In this document: positions 54,700-64,000 of the stretch, one piece after another | How the letters are laid out: each line of letters begins with the position of its first letter | How positions within the stretch are numbered: the stretch's first letter is position 1 | Assembly (NCBI GenBank): GCA_964016885.1 | Contig: OZ024740.1 | Coordinates: forward strand, 25,482,001 to 25,546,000 | Direction: 5' to 3' | Origin: Eledone cirrhosa | Taxonomy: Eukaryota | Length of the DNA stretch: 64,000 bases | Position numbers and translations under genes: made by a program | The notes under the pieces: generated by a model | The model's database searches: none | What the model was told of the DNA's origin: nothing | What the model saw: the letters and a program-made list of their open reading frames with translations, nothing else

Positions 54700-57600
54700 T
54701 TACTTCTATTGTAGTTGTAGTTTGTTCTATTGTAGTTGTAGTTACTTCTATCGTAGGTGTAGTTACTTCTATTGTAGTTGTAGTTACTTCTATTGTAGTT
54801 GTAGATACTTCTGTTGTAGATACATCTATGGTAGTTGTAGGTACTTCTATTGTAGTTGTAGTTACTTCTATTGTAGTTGTAGTTACTTCTATTGTAGTTG
54901 TATTTACTTTATTGTAGTTGTAGTTACTTCTATTGTAGTTGTAGTTACTTCTATTGTAGTTGTAGATACTTCTATTGTAGTTGTAGTTACTTTATTGTAG
55001 TTGTAGTTACTTCTATTGTAGTTGTAGATACATCTATTGTAGTTTTAGTTACTTCTATTGTAGTTGTAGTTACTTCTATTGTAGTTGTAGTTACTTTATT
55101 GTAGTTGTAGTTACTTCTATTGTAGTTGTAGATACTTCTATTGTAGATGTAGATACTTCTATTGTAGTTGTAGTTACTTCTATTGTAGTTGTAGTTACTT
55201 CTATTGTAGTTGTAGTTACTTCTATTGTAGTTGTAGTTACTTCTATTGTAGTTGTAGTTACTTCTATTGTAGTTGTAGTTACTTCTATTGTAGTTGTAGT
55301 TACTTCTATTGTAGTTGTAGTTACTTTATTGTAGTTGTAGTTACTTCTATTGTAGTTGTAGTTACTTCTATTGTAGTTGTAGATACTTCTATTGTAGTTG
55401 TAGTTACTTTATTGTAGTTGTAGTTACTTCTATTGTAGTTGTAGATACATATATTGTAGTTTTAGTTACTTCTATTGTAGTTGTAGTTACTTCTATTGTA
55501 GTTGTAGTTACTTTATTGTAGTTGTAGTTACTTCTATTGTAGTTGTAGATACTTCTATTGTAGATGTAGATACTTCTATTGTAGTTGTAGTTACTTCTAT
55601 TGTAGTTGTAGTTACTTCTATTGTAGTTGTAGTTACTTCTATTGTAGTTGTAGTTACTTCTATTGTAGTTGTAGTTACTTCTATTGTAGTTGTAGTTACT
55701 TCTATTTTAGTTGTAGTTACTTCTATTGTAGTTGTAGTTACTTCTATTGTAGTTGTAGTTACTTTATTGTAGTTGTAGTTACTTCTATTGTAGTTGTAGA
55801 TACTTCTATTGTAGTTGTAGGTACTTCTATTGTAGTTGTAGTTACTTCTATTGTAGTTGTAGTTACTTCTATTGTAGTTGTAGTTACTTCTATTGTAGTT
55901 GTAGTTACTTTATTGTAGTTGTAGTTACTTGTATTGTAGTTGTAGTTACTTCTATTGTAGTTGTAGTTACTTCTATTGTAGTTGTAGATACTTCTATTGT
56001 AGTTGTAGATACTTCTATTGTAGTTGTAGATACTTCTATTGTAGATGTAGATACTTCTATTGTAGTTGTAGTTACTTCTATTGTATTTGTAGTTACTTCT
56101 ATTGAATTTGTAGTTACTTTTATTGTAGTTGTAGTTACTTCTATTGTAGTTGTAGTTATTTCTATTGTAGTTGTAGTTACTTCTATTGTAGTTGTAGTTA
56201 CTTCTATTGTAGTTGTAGTTACTTCTATTGTAGTTGTAGTTATTTCTATTGTAGTTGTAGTTACTTCTATTGTAGTTGTAGTTACTTCTATTGTAGTTGT
56301 TGTTACTTCTATTGTAGTTGTAGTTATTTCTATTGTAGTTGTAGTTACTTCTATTGTAGTTGTAGTTACTTCTATTGTAGTTGTAGTTACTTCTATTGTA
56401 GTTGTAGTTACTTCTATTGTAGTTGTAGTTACTTCTATTGTAGTTGTAGTTATTTCTATTGTAGTTGTAGTTACTTCTATTGTAGTTGTAGTTACTTCTA
56501 TTGTAGTTGTAGTTACTTCTATTGTAGTTGTAGTTACTTCTATTGTAGTTGTAGTTACTTCTATTGTAGTTGTAGTTACTTCTATTGTAGTTGTAGTTAC
56601 TTCTATTGTAGTTGTAGTTACTTCTATTGTAGTTGTAGTTATTTCTATTGTAGTTGTAGTTACTTCTATTGTAGTTGTAGTTACTTCTATTGTAGTTGTA
56701 GTTACTTCTATTGTAGTTGTAGTTACTTCTATTGTAGTTGTAGTTACTTCTCTTGTAGTTGTAGTTACTTCTATTGTACTTGTAGATACTTCTATTGTAG
56801 TTGTAGATATTTCTGTTGTAGTTACTTCTATTGTAGGTGTAGTTACTTCAATTGTAGTTGTAGTTACTTCTATTGTAGTTGTAGTTACTTCTATTGTAGT
56901 TGTAGTTACTTCTATTGTAGTTGTAGATACTTCTATTGTAGTTGTAGTTACTCCTATTGTAGTTGTAGATACTTCTATTGTAGTTGTAGGTACTTCTATT
57001 GTAGTTGTAGTTACTTCTATTGTAGTTGTAGTTACTTTATTGTAGTTGTAGTTACTTGTATTGTAGTTGTAGTTACTTCTATTGTAGTTGTAGTTACTAC
57101 TATTGTAGTTGTAGTTACTTCTATTGTAGTTGTAGTTTGTTCTATTGTAGTTGTAGTTACTTCTATCGTAGGTGTAGTTACTTCTATTGTAGTTGTAGTT
57201 ACTTCTATTGTAGTTATAGATACTTCTGTTGTAGATACATCTATGGTAGTTGTAGGTACTTCTATTGTAGTTGTAGTTACTTCTATTGTAGTTGTAGTTA
57301 CTTCTATTGTAGTTGTATTTACTTTATTGTAGTTGTAGTTACTTCTATTGTAGTTGTAGTTACTTCTATTGTAGTTGTAGATACTTCTATTGTAGTTGTA
57401 GTTACTTTATTGTAGTTGTAGTTACTTCTATTGTAGTTGTAGATACATCTATTGTAGTTTTAGTTACTTCTATTGTAGTTGTAGTTACTTCTATTGTAGT
57501 TGTAGTTACTTTATTGTAGTTGTAGTTACTTCTATTGTAGTTGTAGATACTTCTATTGTAGATGTAGATACTTCTGTTGTAGTTGTAGTTACTTCTATTG

Positions 57601-60600
57601 TAGTTGTAGTTACTTCTATTGTAGTTGTAGTTACTTCTATTGTAGTTGTAGTTACTTCTATTGTAGTTGTAGTTACTTCTATTGTAGTTGTAGTTACTTC
57701 TATTGTAGTTGTAGTTACTTCTATTGTAGTTGTAGTTACTTTATTGTAGTTGTAGTTACTTCTATTGTAGTTGTAGTTACTTCTATTGTAGTTGTAGATA
57801 CTTCTATTGTAGTTGTAGTTACTTTATTGTAGTTGTAGTTACTTCTATTGTAGTTGTAGATACATCTATTGTAGTTTTAGTTACTTCTATTGTAGTTGTA
57901 GTTACTTCTATTGTAGTTGTAGTTACTTTATTGTAGTTGTAGTTACTTCTATTGTAGTTGTAGATACTTCTATTGTAGATGTATATACTTCTATTGTAGT
58001 TGTAGTTAATTCTATTGTAGTTGTAGTTACTTCTATTGTAGTTGTAGTTACTTCTATTGTAGTTGTAGTTACTTCTATTGTGGTTGTAGTTACTTCTATT
58101 GTAGTTGTAGTTACTTCTATTGTAGTTGTAGTTACTTCTCTTGTAGTTGTAGTTACTTCTATTGTACTTGTAGATACTTCTATTGTAGTTGTAGATATTT
58201 CTGTTGTAGTTACTTCTATTGTAGGTGTAGTTACTTCAATTGTAGTTGTAGTTACTTCTATTGTAGTTGTAGTTACTTCTATTGTAGTTGTAGTTACTTC
58301 TATTGTAGTTGTAGATACTTCTATTGTAGTTGTAGTTACTCCTATTGTAGTTGTAGATACTTCTATTGTAGTTGTAGGTACTTCTATTGTAGTTGTAGTT
58401 ACTTCTATTGTAGTTGTAGTTACTTTATTGTAGTTGTAGTTACTTGTATTGTAGTTGTAGTTACTTCTATTGTAGTTGTAGTTACTACTATTGTAGTTGT
58501 AGTTACTTCTATTGTAGTTGTAGTTTGTTCTATTGTAGTTGTAGTTACTTCTATCGTAGGTGTAGTTACTTCTATTGTAGTTGTAGTTACTTCTATTGTA
58601 GTTATAGATACTTCTGTTGTAGATACATCTATGGTAGTTGTAGGTACTTCTATTGTAGTTGTAGTTACTTCTATTGTAGTTGTAGTTACTTCTATTGTAG
58701 TTGTATTTACTTTATTGTAGTTGTAGTTACTTCTATTGTAGTTGTAGTTACTTCTATTGTAGTTGTAGATACTTCTATTGTAGTTGTAGTTACTTTATTG
58801 TAGTTGTAGTTACTTCTATTGTAGTTGTAGATACATCTATTGTAGTTTTAGTTACTTCTATTGTAGTTGTAGTTACTTCTATTGTAGTTGTAGTTACTTT
58901 ATTGTAGTTGTAGTTACTTCTATTGTAGTTGTAGATACTTCTATTGTAGATGTAGATACTTCTATTGTAGTTGTAGTTACTTCTATTGTAGTTGTAGTTA
59001 CTTCTATTGTAGTTGTAGTTACTTCTATTGTAGTTGTAGTTACTTCTATTGTAGTTGTAGTTACTTCTATTGTAGTTGTAGTTACTTCTATTGTAGTTGT
59101 AGTTACTTCTATTGTAGTTGTAGTTACTTTATTGTAGTTGTAGTTACTTCTATTGTAGTTGTAGTTACTTCTATTGTAGTTGTAGATACTTCTATTGTAG
59201 TTGTAGTTACTTTATTGTAGTTGTAGTTACTTCTATTGTAGTTGTAGATACATCTATTGTAGTTTTAGTTACTTCTATTGTAGTTGTAGTTACTTCTATT
59301 GTAGTTGTAGTTACTTTATTGTAGTTGTAGTTACTTCTATTGTAGTTGTAGATACTTCTATTGTAGATGTATATACTTCTATTGTAGTTGTAGTTAATTC
59401 TATTGTAGTTGTAGTTACTTCTATTGTAGTTGTAGTTACTTCTATTGTAGTTGTAGTTACTTCTATTGTGGTTGTAGTTACTTCTATTGTAGTTGTAGTT
59501 ACTTCTATTGTAGTTGTAGTTACTTCTATTGTAGTTGTAGTTACTTCTATTGTAGTTGTAGTTACTTTATTGTAGTTGTAGTTACTTCTATTGTAGTTGT
59601 AGATACTTCTATTGTAGTTGTAGGTACTTCTATTGTAGTTGTAGTTACTTCTATTGTAGTTGTAGTTACTTCTATTGTAGTTGTAGTTACTTCTATTGTA
59701 GTTGTAGTTACTTTATTGTAGTTGTAGTTACTTGTATTGTAGCTGTAGTTACTTCTATTGTAGTTGTAGTTATTTCTATTGTAGTTGTAGTTACTTCTAT
59801 TGTAGTTGTAGTTACTTCTATTGTAGTTGTAGTTACTTCTATTGTAGTTGTAGTTATTTCTATTGTAGTTGTAGTTACTTCTATTGTAGTTGTAGTTACT
59901 TCTATTGTAGTTGTTGTTACTTCTATTGTAGTTGTAGTTATTTCTATTGTAGTTGTAGTTACTTCTATTGTAGTTGTAGTTACTTCTATTGTAGTTGTAG
60001 TTACTTCTATTGTAGTTGTAGTTACTTCTATTGTAGTTGTAGTTACTTCTATTGTAGTTGTAGTTATTTCTATTGTAGTTGTAGTTACTTCTATTGTAGT
60101 TGTAGTTACTTCTATTGTAGTTGTAGTTACTTCTATTGTAGTTGTAGTTACTTCTATTGTAGTTGTAGTTACTTCTATTGTAGTTGTAGTTACTTCTATT
60201 GTAGTTGTAGTTTGTTCTATTGTAGTTGTAGTTACTTCTATCGTAGGTGTAGTTACTTCTATTGTAGTCGTAGTTACTTCTATTGTAGTTGTAGATACTT
60301 CTGTTGTAGATACATCTATGGTAGTTGTAGGTACTTCTATTGTAGTTGTAGTTACTTCTATTGTAGTTGTAGTTACTTCTATTGTAGTTGTATTTACTTT
60401 ATTGTAGTTGTAGTTACTTCTATTGTAGTTGTAGTTACTTCTATTGTAGTTGTAGATACTTCTATTGTAGTTGTAGTTACTTTATTGTAGTTGTAGTTAC
60501 TTCTATTGTAGTTGTAGATACATCTATTGTAGTTTTAGTTACTTCTATTGTAGTTGTAGTTACTTCTATTGTAGTTGTAGTTACTTTATTGTAGTTGTAG

Positions 60601-63600
60601 TTACTTCTATTGTAGTTGTAGATACTTCTATTGTAGATGTAGATACTTCTATTGTAGTTGTAGTTACTTCTATTGTAGTTGTAGTTACTTCTATTGTAGT
60701 TGTAGTTACTTCTATTGTAGTTGTAGTTACTTCTATTGTAGTTGTAGTTACTTCTATTGTAGTTGTAGTTACTTCTATTGTAGTTGTAGTTACTTCTATT
60801 GTAGTTGTAGTTACTTTATTGTAGTTGTAGTTACTTCTATTGTAGTTGTAGTTACTTCTATTGTAGTTGTAGATACTTCTATTGTAGTTGTAGTTACTTT
60901 ATTGTAGTTGTAGTTACTTCTATTGTAGTTGTAGATACATATATTGTAGTTTTAGTTACTTCTATTGTAGTTGTAGTTACTTCTATTGTAGTTGTAGTTA
61001 CTTTATTGTAGTTGTAGTTACTTCTATTGTAGTTGTAGATACTTCTATTGTAGATGTAGATACTTCTATTGTAGTTGTAGTTACTTCTATTGTAGTTGTA
61101 GTTACTTCTATTGTAGTTGTAGTTACTTCTATTGTAGTTGTAGTTACTTCTATTGTAGTTGTAGTTACTTCTATTGTAGTTGTAGTTACTTCTATTGTAG
61201 TTGTAGTTACTTCTATTGTAGTTGTAGTTACTTCTATTGTAGTTGTAGTTACTTTATTGTAGTTGTAGTTACTTCTATTGTAGTTGTAGATACTTCTATT
61301 GTAGTTGTAGGTACTTCTATTGTAGTTGTAGTTACTTCTATTGTAGTTGTAGTTACTTCTATTGTAGTTGTAGTTACTTCTATTGTAGTTGTAGTTACTT
61401 TATTGTAGTTGTAGTTACTTGTATTGTAGTTGTAGTTACTTCTATTGTAGTTGTAGTTACTTCTATTGTAGTTGTAGATACTTCTATTGTAGTTGTAGAT
61501 ACTTCTATTGTAGTTGTAGATACTTCTATTGTAGATGTAGATACTTCTATTGTAGTTGTAGTTACTTCTATTGTATTTGTAGTTACTTCTATTGAATTTG
61601 TAGTTACTTTTATTGTAGTTGTAGTTACTTCTATTGTAGTTGTAGTTATTTCTATTGTAGTTGTAGTTACTTCTATTGTAGTTGTAGTTACTTCTATTGT
61701 AGTTGTAGTTACTTCTATTGTAGTTGTAGTTATTTCTATTGTAGTTGTAGTTACTTCTATTGTAGTTGTAGTTACTTCTATTGTAGTTGTTGTTACTTCT
61801 ATTGTAGTTGTAGTTATTTCTATTGTAGTTGTAGTTACTTCTATTGTAGTTGTAGTTACTTCTATTGTAGTTGTAGTTACTTCTATTGTAGTTGTAGTTA
61901 CTTCTATTGTAGTTGTAGTTACTTCTATTGTAGTTGTAGTTATTTCTATTGTAGTTGTAGTTACTTCTATTGTAGTTGTAGTTACTTCTATTGTAGTTGT
62001 AGTTACTTCTATTGTAGTTGTAGTTACTTCTATTGTAGTTGTAGTTACTTCTATTGTAGTTGTAGTTACTTCTATTGTAGTTGTAGTTACTTCTATTGTA
62101 GTTGTAGTTACTTCTATTGTAGTTGTAGTTATTTCTATTGTAGTTGTAGTTACTTCTATTGTAGTTGTAGTTACTTCTATTGTAGTTGTAGTTACTTCTA
62201 TTGTAGTTGTAGTTACTTCTATTGTAGTTGTAGTTACTTCTCTTGTAGTTGTAGTTACTTCTATTGTACTTGTAGATACTTCTATTGTAGTTGTAGATAT
62301 TTCTGTTGTAGTTACTTCTATTGTAGGTGTAGTTACTTCAATTGTAGTTGTAGTTACTTCTATTGTAGTTGTAGTTACTTCTATTGTAGTTGTAGTTACT
62401 TCTATTGTAGTTGTAGATACTTCTATTGTAGTTGTAGTTACTCCTATTGTAGTTGTAGATACTTCTATTGTAGTTGTAGGTACTTCTATTGTAGTTGTAG
62501 TTACTTCTATTGTAGTTGTAGTTACTTTATTGTAGTTGTAGTTACTTGTATTGTAGTTGTAGTTACTTCTATTGTAGTTGTAGTTACTACTATTGTAGTT
62601 GTAGTTACTTCTATTGTAGTTGTAGTTTGTTCTATTGTAGTTGTAGTTACTTCTATCGTAGGTGTAGTTACTTCTATTGTAGTTGTAGTTACTTCTATTG
62701 TAGTTATAGATACTTCTGTTGTAGATACATCTATGGTAGTTGTAGGTACTTCTATTGTAGTTGTAGTTACTTCTATTGTAGTTGTAGTTACTTCTATTGT
62801 AGTTGTATTTACTTTATTGTAGTTGTAGTTACTTCTATTGTAGTTGTAGTTACTTCTATTGTAGTTGTAGATACTTCTATTGTAGTTGTAGTTACTTTAT
62901 TGTAGTTGTAGTTACTTCTATTGTAGTTGTAGATACATCTATTGTAGTTTTAGTTACTTCTATTGTAGTTGTAGTTACTTCTATTGTAGTTGTAGTTACT
63001 TTATTGTAGTTGTAGTTACTTCTATTGTAGTTGTAGATACTTCTATTGTAGATGTAGATACTTCTATTGTAGTTGTAGTTACTTCTATTGTAGTTGTAGT
63101 TACTTCTATTGTAGTTGTAGTTACTTCTATTGTAGTTGTAGTTACTTCTATTGTAGTTGTAGTTACTTCTATTGTAGTTGTAGTTACTTCTATTGTAGTT
63201 GTAGTTACTTCTATTGTAGTTGTAGTTACTTTATTGTAGTTGTAGTTACTTCTATTGTAGTTGTAGTTACTTCTATTGTAGTTGTAGATACTTCTATTGT
63301 AGTTGTAGTTACTTTATTGTAGTTGTAGTTACTTCTATTGTAGTTGTAGATACATCTATTGTAGTTTTAGTTACTTCTATTGTAGTTGTAGTTACTTCTA
63401 TTGTAGTTGTAGTTACTTTATTGTAGTTGTAGTTACTTCTATTGTAGTTGTAGATACTTCTATTGTAGATGTAGATACTTCTATTGTAGTTGTAGTTAAT
63501 TCTATTGTAGTTGTAGTTACTTCTATTGTAGTTGTAGTTACTTCTATTGTAGTTGTAGTTACTTCTATTGTGGTTGTAGTTACTTCTATTGTAGTTGTAG

Positions 63601-64000
63601 TTACTTCTATTGTAGTTGTAGTTACTTCTATTGTAGTTGTAGTTACTTCTATTGTAGTTGTAGTTACTTTATTGTAGTTGTAGTTACTTCTATTGTAGTT
63701 GTAGATACTTCTATTGTAGTTGTAGGTACTTCTATTGTAGTTGTAGTTACTTCTATTGTAGTTGTAGTTACTTCTATTGTAGTTGTAGTTACTTCTATTG
63801 TAGTTGTAGTTACTTTATTGTAGTTGTAGTTACTTGTATTGTAGCTGTAGTTACTTCTATTGTAGTTGTAGTTATTTCTATTGTAGTTGTAGTTACTTCT
63901 ATTGTAGTTGTAGTTACTTCTATTGTAGTTGTAGTTACTTCTATTGTAGTTGTAGTTATTTCTATTGTAGTTGTAGTTACTTCTATTGTAGTTGTAGTTA
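54700..64000. repeat. Higher-order repeat with a 4102-bp base unit; the first copy carries an internal 1388-bp duplication, giving an offset of 5490
   Basis: ORF-track pairs 54898/60388, 57056/62546 and 57313/62803 are 5490 apart; 57056/58444 are 1388 apart. TTGTATTGTAGCTG is at 59732/63834, and 4102 = 5490 - 1388. Confidence 0.88.

Larger units (their letters stand above)
1..64000. repeat. Tandem satellite array of a 21-bp monomer (TTGTAGTTGTAGTTACTTCTA)n, about 3,000 copies, head-to-tail, extending past both window ends
   Basis: Seen directly: every line consists of the consensus monomer, variants with 1-3 substitutions, 20-bp monomers (..TTACTTTA, ..TTACTCTA) or 15-bp monomers. No inversion or non-repeat insert was seen. 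Confidence 0.99.

Noticed and set aside
697-63009. Plus-strand Cys/Tyr-rich ORFs (CSCSYFY)n resembling metallothionein or keratin-associated proteins
   Set aside because: They are simply one stop-free frame of the 21-mer. Starts are TTG or GTG created by variant monomers, and the ORFs shift into the Val frame at each 20-mer. There is no unique domain or flanking signal.
1-64000. CRISPR array
   Set aside because: The repeats are directly adjacent, with no unique spacers, leader or cas genes.
1-64000. Telomerase-synthesised telomere tract, suggested by the G/T-rich strand and a long unit as in some yeasts
   Set aside because: The consensus has no G runs and matches no telomere motif I recognise. 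Variants are inherited in multi-kb duplicated blocks, which indicates recombinational copying. A recombination-maintained chromosome end cannot be excluded without contig context.
1-64000. Pure sequencing or amplification artefact, such as a rolling-circle concatemer or noisy reads
   Set aside because: Variants and 1-bp deletions recur in identical contexts, and sister blocks differ by private SNPs and whole-monomer indels, as expected of real evolved sequence. Individual two-copy duplications could still be assembly errors and need read support.
1-64000. Programmed frameshifting or phase variation through the 20-bp monomers, or an encoded 'barcode' in variant order
   Set aside because: No expressed gene or machinery is present, and nested duplication is enough to explain the variant order.
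1-64000. Promoter -10 or TATA-like boxes (TATTAT, TATATT) and terminators
   Set aside because: These are chance matches in an AT-rich repeat, with no associated gene or GC-rich stem-loop.

Overview
The whole 64-kb window is one uninterrupted, single-orientation tandem array of about 3,000 copies of a 21-bp monomer, consensus TTGTAGTTGTAGTTACTTCTA (11 T, 4 A, 4 G, 2 C; about 29% GC). It runs off both window ends. I found no unique sequence, credible gene, RNA gene, mobile element or CRISPR spacer. All listed ORFs are by-products of a monomer whose length is divisible by 3 and which is stop-free in 4 of 6 frames. The information in the window lies in the variant monomers. They define nested higher-order repeats: 245, 267, 417 and 817 bp modules inside 1.2-6.9 kb duplications. 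They also mark spatially restricted variant domains, a captured recombination junction and a likely conversion patch. Other points of interest are a hidden 10+11-bp substructure, very few monomer length classes (21, 20 and 15 bp), multi-base variants that create palindromes, and a mucin-like Thr-rich (TTTTIEV)n minus-strand frame that is now repeatedly broken. The best description is a satellite or macro-minisatellite array. Organism and function cannot be determined from this window, and I cannot support a claim for a new gene system. Counts were made by eye and duplication boundaries are approximate.
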